Positions 40,158-52,276 of a stretch of DNA of 64,000 nucleotides are shown here, piece by piece. The notes beneath the pieces are model-generated. The model was given only the letters and a program-made list of their open reading frames with translations, made no database searches and had not been told where the DNA came from. A program made the translations under genes and the position numbers. The stretch is from Alphaproteobacteria bacterium (GTDB lineage Bacteria; Pseudomonadota; Alphaproteobacteria; MPNO01; UBA830), in contig OZ219790.1 of the NCBI GenBank assembly GCA_964291215.2, positions 544,001 through 608,000 of the forward strand, in the 5' to 3' direction. The stretch's first letter is position 1. Each line of letters begins with the position of its first letter.

Positions 40158-40465
40158 GCCGCTGACAATCGCTTCTACGATCAGGGTGGTTAGCAATTGA
40201 CAACCAACTATCAGAAAGCCTATCATGGCAAACGTTGTAAGGACAACATCAAAAAAGATGATAATCGTATGCGCATGACTGTCGCCCGTAAGGTTCTTCG
40301 GCTGCAAGCTGAACGGACCATCGTCCAAATCGACGACACTGCTCCTGACCGGCTTGGTTGGGCTGATAGGTCGTGTTCGGCTCTGGACACGGGCAGGTTG
40401 TCCCGGCCACAGCAGATCGGGAGTAAGCGCGTTCGCAGCAAGAACGGTTCAGGCTCGGACATGTG

Positions 40466-43299
40466 ATGCCGAAGGTCCATTTCGAAGACGCGTTCGAGGA
40501 GTTGACCGGACATCCGCCTTTTCCTTGGCAACAGAGATTATACGACAAGCATTTTGGGCGAGGTATGCTGCCCCCGGCGGTGGATATTCCCACAGGCTTG
40601 GGTAAAACCGCTATCATGGCGGTCTGGTTGCTGGCGCGGGCGGCAGGCGCACCCTTGCCCCGGCGCCTCGTCTATGTCGTCGACCGGCGGGCCGTGGTCG
40701 ATCAGGCAACCGAGTTCGCCGGGCAACTGAGGGAACGGCTGGGGGAGGACGAACGGCTTGGGCCGGTGCGATCCGCCCTCGGCCTCGGCAGCAAACGGTT
40801 GCCGATCTCCACCCTGCGCGGCCGGCACGCCGACAACCGGGAATGGATGGCTGATCCGGCGGCGCCGGCGATTGTCGTCGGCACCGTGGACATGGTAGGA
40901 TCGCGGCTACTGTTCGAAGGTTATGGTCTGTCCCGCCGGATGCGGCCCTTTGCGGCGGCGCTGCTTGGATGCGATGCCTTGGTGCTGCTGGACGAAGCGC
41001 ATCTTGTTCGCCCCTTCGAGCGCTTGCTCAAGACGATTGAAAAGGGGCGGCGGCGGGCGTTCGCGCAAGAGGCGGATGCGCAGGCGGGCGCGTTCGCCGG
41101 CCCTGCGGTCCACGATGGATTGCCGCCACCTTTCCATGTCCTGCCCCTGTCGGCCACACTGGGCCGCGAGTCCGATGGAAACCTGTTCCGCCTGAATGAC
41201 GATGATCGGAAGAACGGCACGGTCCGCGCCCGGTTGGAAGCACGCAAGAGATTGACAGTCGAGGACCTCCCGCCGGGTCTTAATCTCAATCAGGCACTTG
41301 TCGACCGGGCCTGGAACCTGATGGAGGCCGCTTGCGCAAACGCCGGACAGCCGCCTGCCGTGGCGGTCTACTGCGACCGCCGCACCGATGCCGGGAAGGT
41401 GGCGGACGATCTTCGCAAACGCGCCAGTCAAGAGCGGCCTCAGTCCGAAGTAATCCTCCTTGTTGGTGGCCGGCGGGTGCGTGAGCGGCACAAAGCCGCC
41501 GAAAAGTTGCAGGAACATGGCCTTGTCGGCGAAGCCAAAGACCTGCGCCGCACGCCCGTGTTCCTCGTCGCAACCTCCGCTGGCGAGGTCGGGGTCGATC
41601 TCGACGCCGATCACATGGTCTGCGACCTAGTGTCTTGGGAGCGTATGGTGCAGCGGCTCGGCCGGGTCAACCGGCGCGGTACGGGCGACGCGATGGTACG
41701 AGTGATCGACCAGGGCAAGCCGGACGAGAAGAAGGCGGGCGCGCTCGCCGTCGCCCGCCACGAGGCAGCGCGCAGTCTTCTTGATGCCCTGCCGCTGGGC
41801 GAGGCCGGCGAACGCCCGACCGGCCCCGGCGTCTTGGAGAACCTCGCCGCCGACCCGGCCCAACATGCACGAATCGCCGAAGCCACGACGCGAATGCCGC
41901 TTTACCCAGCGCTCACCCGCCCGCTGATCGATTCTTGGGCGATGACCGCGCTGGAACACCATGCCGGCCGGCCGGAAATCGGCCCGTGGCTGAGGGGTTG
42001 GGTGGAAGACAACGAGCCGCAAACCGCCGTGGTCTGGCGGCACCATCTGCCGCTGCACTTCCGGACGGACGGCGGCGCAGTGCAGGCGCAGGCGGAACAG
42101 GCGGTTCGGGCCTTCTTTGCCGCCGCACCGCCGCAGGCGGCGGAACTTCTGGAAACCGAGACGTCGCGAGTGGTTGATTGGCTCAAGAAGCGCGTGCGCA
42201 AGCAGTTGAAGGAATTGGATAGGGCGGCCGCGCGGGCGATCGAACCGTATCCCGCTCCCGTCGGCGACAGCGCGAACGACGAGGAAGAAACTGCCAGAGG
42301 CACGCGCCTTCTCGCGCCGCTGACCCGAAGCGGCCCCATCGCCTTTCTGGTCGACGCCGCCAACCGCCCGGCGGACGCTCTGAGCCTTGCGAAGATCGAC
42401 AGAATCCAGTCCCAGAACCTAAAAGCGCTACTTGCCGGCAAGCGGCTTGTGGTGGACGCGCGGTTCGGCGGAATCAGAAACGGCCTGCTGGACGATACGG
42501 CCAATGATTGTGCTTGTACGATTGAGGATAATTGGGGCAAGCCGGGCGATGATGGCGACGATCCAGAAGAGAATCCCTGGAACCTGAAGGTCGAGGTGTG
42601 TTCGGAAGATGCGCATAATTCCGACGGCTGGCAGGCGGTTCTGGAGGCGCCCTATTGCGTATCGGCGGAGGGCGAGACCTGGTCCCGGCTGATCATCTCG
42701 AAGCGCCGCGGCACCGGCGAGAGCGAGGACGCCCGGGCGATGGCACGCAAGGCCCAACGCCTTGACGAGCATCAGGAATGGGCGGAAAAGGAAGCCGCGC
42801 GTATCGCCGATGCGCTCGACCTCCCGGAGGCCGACAGGGCCATGCTGACCGCCGCTGCCCGCCATCACGACGACGGCAAGACGGCGAAACGCTGGCAGGA
42901 GGCCTTCAACGCGCCCCAAGACTGGCACGATGGTGGACCCTATGCCAAGACAACGGGGCCTTTCAATCGCCAGCGGCTGAACGGCTACCGGCACGAATTC
43001 AAGTCGGTGCTCGACGCCGAGAGGGTTGGCCTCGACGGCCTCGACCGTGGCGACCCGCGATTCGAACTGGCGCTGCACCTGATCGCCGCGCATCACGGCC
43101 GCGCCAGGCCCGGCATCGGCATCGAGGGCTACGACGAGGAGCCGCCGAGCGCGGCAGAACAAGCCGCGCGCGCGATTGCACTGCGCTTCGCGCGCCTGCA
43201 ACGGGAGTGGGGACCCTGGGGTCTCGCCTGGTGGGAGGCACTACTGCGCGCCGCCGACCAGGCGGCCTCGCGGCGGCTCGACGACGGAGAGGGGGACGC

Positions 43300-43303
<4 letters not shown>
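40466..43303 (+). CDS. cas3: Type I-G Cas3 (SF2 helicase with C-terminal HD nuclease)
   Basis: PTGLGKT, DEAH, SAT, QRLGRVNRRG; C-terminal HHDDGK, YRHE, AAHHG, RAAD. Confidence 0.96.
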
Positions 43304-45215
<1,912 letters not shown>

Positions 45216-45218
45216 ACC

Positions 45219-47435
45219 GTGGAGCGTGCGCTGCTCGTCGCCGTGAGGTTCCACGAGGGCCGCTACCACGGTGCCGGCGGCTGGCCGCCCGCACCGGCGC
45301 GGCTGTTCCAGGCGCTGCTGGCAGGGACGGCCCGGGGCGCTGCGGTGCCGGCCGAGACGCGGGAGGCGCTGGAGTGGCTGGAGCGGCTGCCGCACCCGGC
45401 GATCGCCGCCCCGTGCGTCAGGCAGGGGCAGAGCTACACCGGCTATGTGCCTAACAACGACCTCGATGCCGCGCTGTCCGGGAAGAACGCTCCCGATATG
45501 GAGAAGGCGGTGGCGTCGATCCGGATCGGCAAGACCGTCCATCCCGTCCTGTTCGATGCCGCCGCGCCGGTTCTCTACTGCTGGTCCTTCGACGGCGACG
45601 AGGCGCCAACGGCGGCGTTGTGCGAGGCGGCAAGGCAACTCTACCAGCTCGGCCGCGGCATCGACATGGCCTGGGCCGATGCCGCCGTGCTCGACCCGGA
45701 CGAGGCCCGAAGGCGGCTCTCCGATCACAGCGGCATCGTCTACCGCCCATCGGCCGGCGGCGGTGCGCACCTCCACCTGCTCTGCCCGCAGCCGGGAACG
45801 GAACGCAGCCTTGCGGCCCGCTTCGACGGAATGCGCACCCGCTTCCGCCGCAGCGGCAGCAACCGCAAGCCGGTTCGTGTTTTTGTGCAGCCGCCCAAGC
45901 CACTTCTTGTAAACGTCGCCTACAACGCGCAGCCGGTTCGCCTCGTCTTCGAGTTGCGCAGGCGCGATGCGCGAGGCGGCTTCGCCCCTCGCCGGCTGAG
46001 CGAAGCGGCGGCGCTCGTTGCCGAAGTACGCGACCGGGCCGCGCAACTTCTGTGCAAGGCGCTGCCGGCGCAGAGTGGTGATGTCGAGCGCTACCTGATC
46101 GGCCGGGGCGCGACAGAGGTGGACAAGGCGGCACGGGTGCGGATCGTGCCGCTCCCGTCGATCGGCCATGCCCATGCCGACATGGCGATCCGCCGCCTTG
46201 AGGTTCATGTGCCGCAATCCTGCCCGTTGCGGGCGGACGACCTCGCTTGGGCCTTCGCACAGGCCGCCTGGTCCGACCGCGACGGCATGGTGCGTACCGA
46301 GTTGCAGCGCGTCGAAGACGACACCATGGCGGCGCACTACGAGCGGCACGGGGGCTGCTGGCGCAGCGTGACGCCGCTGGCGCTCACGAGTGCCCGGCGG
46401 CGGCGCACCGATCCCGCGCGCACCAAAGAGAAACCCAAGGGCGCGGCGGAGCGTGCGCACGAGGAATCCCGCGCCGTTCACGCCGTGCGTCAGGCCCTGC
46501 GTCACGCCGGGGTCGGCAGCTTGCCGGCAGAGGTGCGTGTGCAGCGGGAGCCGTTCGACAGCCACGGCAAACGGGCCGAAGCCTTTGCCGCCGGTACGCG
46601 CTTTCCCGAGGGAGCGTTGTGGCATGTCTCGATAACCTTCGCCGAGCCGGTCGCCGGGCCGTTGTTGCTGGGCGATGGCCGTTATCTCGGTCTGGGCCTC
46701 ATGCGCCCGAGCGATCCGATTCCGGGGGTGCTGGCATTCGCGATCGCGTCCGGCCTGGCCGACAATGCCGACGCCGCCGAGGTCGCCCGCGCCGCGCGGC
46801 GCGCCATGCTGGCCCGGATGCAGGCAACCTTGCCGCGTGGCCAGCCGCTCCCGCGCTATGTGAGCGGCCACGAAGACGATGGCAACCCCGCCCGCGATGG
46901 CGCCCACCGCCATATCGCGATCGCGTTCGACCCGTCGCGGCGGTGCCTGCTCTTCATCGCGCCGAGCAGGCTGCAACGCGGCAGCGTGACGTGGCAGGAT
47001 ATCCGCAATGACCATGCTGCAGTCGAACGTGCGCTGGAAGGCATGACGGAGCTGCGAGCTGGTCGGTCGGGCCGCCTGACGCTCTCGCCCTTGGCGCTGG
47101 ATGCCGACAGCGATCCGTTGTTCGCGTCATCGCGGATGTGGGAAAACATGACCGACTATTGCGTGACCCGCCACCGGCGCAAGCTCACGGACGAGGAAGC
47201 GCTGCGCGCCGACGTTCTGGCCGAACTCCGGCGCATCAGTTGGCCAACGCCGGCAGCTGCAGAGGTCCTGTCGGCGAGACGCGGGCCACGCGGCGGGCTT
47301 TCGGGCCGTCTGCGGCTCACCTTCGCCGCGGCCCAAGAAGGGCCGCTCGTCATTGGGCGTACGTCGCACAAGGGTGGTGGCCTGTTCGGGCCATCGTGCG
47401 GCGCGGGGGCGGAACGCGCCGGGGATGTCGGATAA
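45219..47435 (+). CDS. csb2: Type I-G Csb2 (Cas5-Cas6 fusion), 738 aa
   Basis: WPPAPARLFQAL, YVPNND, LGRGID, WRSVTP, GPLLLGDGRYLGLGL and a second G-loop GPLVIGRTSHKGGGLF. Confidence 0.92.
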   Translation: MERALLVAVRFHEGRYHGAGGWPPAPARLFQALLAGTARGAAVPAETREALEWLERLPHPAIAAPCVRQGQSYTGYVPNNDLDAALSGKNAPDMEKAVASIRIGKTVHPVLFDAAAPVLYCWSFDGDEAPTAALCEAARQLYQLGRGIDMAWADAAVLDPDEARRRLSDHSGIVYRPSAGGGAHLHLLCPQPGTERSLAARFDGMRTRFRRSGSNRKPVRVFVQPPKPLLVNVAYNAQPVRLVFELRRRDARGGFAPRRLSEAAALVAEVRDRAAQLLCKALPAQSGDVERYLIGRGATEVDKAARVRIVPLPSIGHAHADMAIRRLEVHVPQSCPLRADDLAWAFAQAAWSDRDGMVRTELQRVEDDTMAAHYERHGGCWRSVTPLALTSARRRRTDPARTKEKPKGAAERAHEESRAVHAVRQALRHAGVGSLPAEVRVQREPFDSHGKRAEAFAAGTRFPEGALWHVSITFAEPVAGPLLLGDGRYLGLGLMRPSDPIPGVLAFAIASGLADNADAAEVARAARRAMLARMQATLPRGQPLPRYVSGHEDDGNPARDGAHRHIAIAFDPSRRCLLFIAPSRLQRGSVTWQDIRNDHAAVERALEGMTELRAGRSGRLTLSPLALDADSDPLFASSRMWENMTDYCVTRHRRKLTDEEALRADVLAELRRISWPTPAAAEVLSARRGPRGGLSGRLRLTFAAAQEGPLVIGRTSHKGGGLFGPSCGAGAERAGDVG

Positions 47436-49213
47436 TGGGTGGCGGTTGTAATGGCGAAGACAGCCGCACGGTCGTCGGGGCGCCGGACGAAACGGTGCGT
47501 GACCATGTGCTGCTAACAGTGCTCGGCACCGCACCGCACGCCGCGCGCTACCGTCTCGGAGACCGCGAGGTCGAGCAGCCGCTCGCTCCCCTCGCGCTCT
47601 ACGACCTGCTCGCGCAACCCGACCGGCCGGGGCGCGTCGCGGCGCTGTGCACACCGGAAGCGCAACGCGACAGCTGGCCAGCGCTCGAGACGGCGCTGGA
47701 CGGCCGATGCCGGACGGAACTGGTCCGGGTGTGCGGGGGCGAAACCCCGGAAGAGATCAATGCCTTCATGGCGCGGGTCGCGGATGCTGTTGGCGACAAG
47801 GCCGACATCACCGTTGACATTACCCACGGCCCCCGGCATTTCTCGTTCCTCACCTATCTGGTCGTGCTGTATGTTTCCGCGCTGCGCGGCGTGCGGGTGC
47901 GCGGCGCCTGGTACGGCCTGTTGCGCGAGAACGGATCCAGCCCGTTTCTCGATCTGCGCGGCCTTCTGGAACTGCCACGCTGGCTCCATGCGCTGCGGGC
48001 GCTCAACGATACCGGTAGCGCGCGACCGCTGGCCCACATCCTCCGTAGCGACTCGCGAAATCCGTCGGCGAAGAAGATGGCGAAAGATCTGGCACAACTG
48101 TCGGACGCCTACCTCTCCGGGATTCCGCTCGAATTGGGCTGGCAGGCGGACCTTGTGCGCAAGCAGCACATCAAGCCCCTGCGAAAGCTGATCTCGAACG
48201 ATTACCGCCTGCCGCTGGGCGACGAACTGGCCGGTCAGATCGACGATTTTCTTCGTACTCTCGCGCTGCCGGTTGCCGGCAACGGATGGAAGAGCAAAGT
48301 GCTGCTAGACGAGCGCGAATTGAAACGGCAAGTCCGGCATATCGACGACTTGCTGGATCGCGGGCATGTCGCCACCGCGCTCGGCCTGATGAGCGAATGG
48401 ACCGTCTCCTGGGTCGTTTGGGTACGAGGGCAGACGCGCGAGTGGCTCGACTATCGCGGCAAGCGGCGTGGCGCGGCCAACCTGCTCAACGCGATCGAGG
48501 CCGTCGGCGAGGACAAGGCGCTCCGGGAACATTTGGACGAAGAGCAGCAACGGCTGGGGACATATTGGGGGCAGCTGCGGGGGCTTCGCAACGGATACGC
48601 CCATCACGGCATGCGTCCGCAGGTTCTCGTCGGCAATCAGGCAGTCCGGAAAAATCTGGATCATGTCCGACGGTACTGGAGCAGGTTTCTGCGCGCCTGC
48701 CCTGCCATGCGATTGTCTCTCGGCGCACATCCGGACCAGCACATTCTGGTGAGCCCCATCGGAATGCGTCCGGGCGTACTGTTCAGCGCGCTGCAAGCGT
48801 ACAGAAGTGACGGGGACGGTCACGAGCCGGACCTGTGCCTCGTCATCTGCTCGCACGAGACGGCGGGACCGATCGCGGAAGCGACGGATCGCGCCGGGTA
48901 TCGGGGCACGGTCGAGAGGCTCTGGCTGAACGACCCTTACGGCGACCGCTCGGAGATCGAGCGATTGGCAAAGGCGGCGCGCCGCCACTTCGTGGGCGCC
49001 GGAGAGGTCGTCGTCAATGTCACCGGGGGAACAACGTTGATGGGCCTGGTTGCCGAGGCAGTCGCCGGCACCGCGCGCGGCCTGGCCTGTCCGGTGAGGC
49101 GATTCGGGCTGATCGACCGCAGGACGGCGGCGGAACAGGAGAAAGATCCTTGGCGGGCCGGAGAACCGTTCTGGCTCGATGAGCGGGAGGACGACGATGC
49201 CGACGGCGATTGA
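47435..49213 (+). CDS. csx1: Csx1-like CARF-HEPN ribonuclease with an extra C-terminal CARF-like domain
   Basis: VLLTVLG...DITHG (DxTHG CARF); RNGYAH (HEPN RxxxxH); ILVSPIG...VVNVTGGTT. Start uncertain. Confidence 0.8.
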   Translation: MGGGCNGEDSRTVVGAPDETVRDHVLLTVLGTAPHAARYRLGDREVEQPLAPLALYDLLAQPDRPGRVAALCTPEAQRDSWPALETALDGRCRTELVRVCGGETPEEINAFMARVADAVGDKADITVDITHGPRHFSFLTYLVVLYVSALRGVRVRGAWYGLLRENGSSPFLDLRGLLELPRWLHALRALNDTGSARPLAHILRSDSRNPSAKKMAKDLAQLSDAYLSGIPLELGWQADLVRKQHIKPLRKLISNDYRLPLGDELAGQIDDFLRTLALPVAGNGWKSKVLLDERELKRQVRHIDDLLDRGHVATALGLMSEWTVSWVVWVRGQTREWLDYRGKRRGAANLLNAIEAVGEDKALREHLDEEQQRLGTYWGQLRGLRNGYAHHGMRPQVLVGNQAVRKNLDHVRRYWSRFLRACPAMRLSLGAHPDQHILVSPIGMRPGVLFSALQAYRSDGDGHEPDLCLVICSHETAGPIAEATDRAGYRGTVERLWLNDPYGDRSEIERLAKAARRHFVGAGEVVVNVTGGTTLMGLVAEAVAGTARGLACPVRRFGLIDRRTAAEQEKDPWRAGEPFWLDEREDDDADGD

Positions 49214-50381
49214 GGCGACATACCAAGCCGTCACCCCGCTTTTCTGCGCGGGTGCGGACAGAGTGCGACCGGAGCTTCGTTTGCCGAGCCTCAAGGGGGC
49301 ACTGCGCTTCTGGTGGCGGGCGCTGGCTTGGCCGCGATACGCCGGCGACCTCACCCAAATCCGGCAGCGCGAGGACAGCCTTTTCGGCAGTGCCGGCGGC
49401 GGCCAGTCCCGCGTGATCATGCGCCTCGAGCAAGCGATCCAAGAGCCGAAGGCCTGCGATACGGGTTCGGTGCTGACGGCGGCCGCTGACGACCGGGAGC
49501 CGGTCGGGGCCGGTGCACGCTATCTGGGCTATGGTGTCATGGAGGCGTTCCCCAGCGAGAAACGGGGCACGAAGGCCGGCCAGCTCATCCGCGGTTGCCT
49601 GCGCGCGTCGTTCGAATTCACCGTTCAACTGCGCTGCCGCAGCCTGTGCGAGGCGGAACTGGCGCTGCTTCGCAATGCGCTCGTCGCGCTCGGCACCCTC
49701 GGCGGCATGGGCGCGAAGAGCCGCAAGGGTTACGGCTCGCTGGTCCTCCGGTCGCTTCAAGTGAATGACAAGCGGTGCTGGAGTGCGCCGGAGTCCCTGG
49801 ACGATCTGCAAACGGCAATCGGGAAGCTGCGCGGCGGACAGGGGGCGGCCGGTCTCCCCGAATACACGGCCTTCTCGTCCGGCGCCCGCCATGTCCTGCT
49901 GTCCGGCGGCGGTGCGAAGCCGCTGCAACTACTCGACGGGATTGGTCGGGAGCTCGTCCGATACCGGAGTTGGGGCCGGAACGGGAAGATCTTGGAGGGA
50001 ATAGATTCGGAAAAGAACTTCAGGGACGACCACGACCTGATGAAGGGCGGGCGACCGGCGAAGCACCCGCGCCGCATCGCCTTCGGCCTGCCGCACAATT
50101 ACGGCAAAAGGCAAGTCGTTCCAGGAGGGGGACCGCTCGACCGGCGCGCCAGCCCGCTGTTCATCCACATCCACGAATGCGGCGGCGCGCCGGTTGCGGT
50201 CCTGTCGTTCCTGCCGACCCGATTCCTGCCGCCAGGGACGACCATCTTGGTCGACCGCACAGAGGTTCGGATGACGCCGGAGCAGGAACTCTATCGCCCG
50301 ATCCATCGCTTCCTTGACCGCCTTCTCGACAGGAACAGGCGCAAGGAACCGTTCGACGAAGCCATCGAGGTACGGTCGTGA
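49197..50381 (+). CDS. cmr1: Type III-B Cmr1
   Basis: TPLFCAGA, SLKGALRFWWRA, GGMGAKSRKGYG, FGLPH, RRASPL. Confidence 0.95.
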   Translation: MPTAIEATYQAVTPLFCAGADRVRPELRLPSLKGALRFWWRALAWPRYAGDLTQIRQREDSLFGSAGGGQSRVIMRLEQAIQEPKACDTGSVLTAAADDREPVGAGARYLGYGVMEAFPSEKRGTKAGQLIRGCLRASFEFTVQLRCRSLCEAELALLRNALVALGTLGGMGAKSRKGYGSLVLRSLQVNDKRCWSAPESLDDLQTAIGKLRGGQGAAGLPEYTAFSSGARHVLLSGGGAKPLQLLDGIGRELVRYRSWGRNGKILEGIDSEKNFRDDHDLMKGGRPAKHPRRIAFGLPHNYGKRQVVPGGGPLDRRASPLFIHIHECGGAPVAVLSFLPTRFLPPGTTILVDRTEVRMTPEQELYRPIHRFLDRLLDRNRRKEPFDEAIEVRS

Positions 50382-52276
50382 CGCTGCGCCTCGACATCGC
50401 TATCGGTCCGGTGCAGGGCTTCGTCATCCAGTCGCGGCGCACCCGCGACCTGTGGGGCAGTTCGTATCTTCTCTCGTTCCTCGCGGGGCACGCGATGCAT
50501 GGTGCGGAGAAGGCCGGCGGCCGTGTCGTCCGCCCGGTCGTCAAGGACGATCCGCTTTACCGCTGGACAGGGGGCGACAGGACCGGCGCGCCACCCGATA
50601 TCGGCTCGCTGCCGAACCGCTTCGCGATCGATGTCGAAGCGGAAGCCGAACCCGTCGCCCGTGCCGCCGTTGCAGCCCTCCGAGGGGCGTGGACGCGGGT
50701 CTGCGACGCCGTGTGGGTGAAATTCATTGCGGAGGCTTGCGAACATGGCGCCGGCACGCGGGCGATCTGGGACCGTCAGGTCGCCACTTTCTGGGAAGTG
50801 GCATGGTGCGCCGGGCCTGCCGAGGCCGGCCTTCTCGCCCGGCGCAAGCATTGGCGGAGCCACCTTCCGCCAACCGAACCGGGCGACAAATGCACGGTCA
50901 TGCACGACCTGCAGGAGATTTCGGGTTATGTGCGTTCGACTGGCCGGGCCGACACGCAGGACTGCTTCTGGAGGCATCTGCGCGATCTCGTCGGTGCGCT
51001 GGACCTGAGGGAGAATGAAAGGCTGTGCGCCGTCGCCCTGATCAAGCGTCTGCTCCCGCGCGTCGCCGAAGACGCGCTGGGGTGGAAGGTGGAGCGGTCG
51101 CGCTGGCCGTCGACGGTCCATATCGCCGCCCGGCCGTGGCTCCACCAGGTGGAAAACTGTGCGCCGGACCTGGCGCGCGACTATGCCGAGCAGGTCACGC
51201 AGTTCGCACCGTCCGGCGTTCTGTCCGAACGCTGGCCGGATCGGGAGCGTTCAGCTGCCGGCGACTTTTCTCGCCTCGACGCCAACTGGTTTCACCCGGA
51301 AGCGATTGAGAGCGAGCAGCTATGCCCGCTCAATGCCCATGCGGTGGACGGCACGCGCGCTGCTCTTGCCGGGAAGTTGAAGGCAATCTGCTGTGCCGAG
51401 GGGCGGGACGGGCGGCGCCTCGGGCCGCCGTCCTCCTTCTACGCCCTGCTTCTCGCTGACGGCGACCGGCTGGGCAGGCTGGTGGGCGAGGCCGACGGCG
51501 AACAGGTCGGCCGGGCGCTGGCGACTTTTATGGAGCAAGCACCGAAAATCGTGTGCAAGAATGGCGGCCAAACCGTGTATGCCGGGGGTGACGATGTGCT
51601 GGCTATGCTGCCGGTCCCCGGTGCGTTGCCATGCGCCGAAGCGTTGGCCGAATGCTATCGCTCGGCCTTCGGCCACCGGGTGGGAGCGACCCTTTCGGCC
51701 TCGGTCACTTTCGTGCATATCCGCTATCCGCTCAGCGGCGCGCTGCGCGACGCCCATCGACTGCTCGACGACATCGCCAAGCAAAGTAACGGTCGCGACT
51801 CGCTGGCGGTCGGAGTCCTCAAGTCCGGCGGGCTGAATTCCCAATGGGTCACGACATGGCGCCGACAGAACTCTGACGGGTGCGCCGAACCGTCCACAGA
51901 ACTTATCCGGGCGCTGGCGGACCGTCTCGAAAGCGACGCGCCGGAAGCAGATCTGTCGTCCGGTTTGCTCTATCGCCTCCGCGAACTCCTCGTCAGGCTC
52001 GGCGGATGGAACTCTTGGCGCCCCGGCACCTGGGGAACAATACCCGAGGATATCGATCTCACGGCTTTCCTGCGCACCGAAATCGGCCACAGCCTGGCCG
52101 TGAGACGTGGCGAGAGCGCCGCAGCGCCGGCGGCGGAGATGGCCGGTCTTGTCGTGTGCCTGTTGCAGCGCGTGCCCGCCGATGGTCAGGGAGGCGAGAC
52201 GACCGAGATCGGGGTCGATGCGCTCCTCCTCGCCCGCTTCCTCGCCGGGGGCGGCCATGGCGAGCGCGAAGCATGA
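50378..52276 (+). CDS. cmr2: Type III-B Cas10/Cmr2, GGDD intact, no HD domain
   Basis: IGPVQGFV...SRRTRDLWGSS, LPNRF, ADGDRLG, YAGGDD. Confidence 0.96.
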   Translation: MTLRLDIAIGPVQGFVIQSRRTRDLWGSSYLLSFLAGHAMHGAEKAGGRVVRPVVKDDPLYRWTGGDRTGAPPDIGSLPNRFAIDVEAEAEPVARAAVAALRGAWTRVCDAVWVKFIAEACEHGAGTRAIWDRQVATFWEVAWCAGPAEAGLLARRKHWRSHLPPTEPGDKCTVMHDLQEISGYVRSTGRADTQDCFWRHLRDLVGALDLRENERLCAVALIKRLLPRVAEDALGWKVERSRWPSTVHIAARPWLHQVENCAPDLARDYAEQVTQFAPSGVLSERWPDRERSAAGDFSRLDANWFHPEAIESEQLCPLNAHAVDGTRAALAGKLKAICCAEGRDGRRLGPPSSFYALLLADGDRLGRLVGEADGEQVGRALATFMEQAPKIVCKNGGQTVYAGGDDVLAMLPVPGALPCAEALAECYRSAFGHRVGATLSASVTFVHIRYPLSGALRDAHRLLDDIAKQSNGRDSLAVGVLKSGGLNSQWVTTWRRQNSDGCAEPSTELIRALADRLESDAPEADLSSGLLYRLRELLVRLGGWNSWRPGTWGTIPEDIDLTAFLRTEIGHSLAVRRGESAAAPAAEMAGLVVCLLQRVPADGQGGETTEIGVDALLLARFLAGGGHGEREA

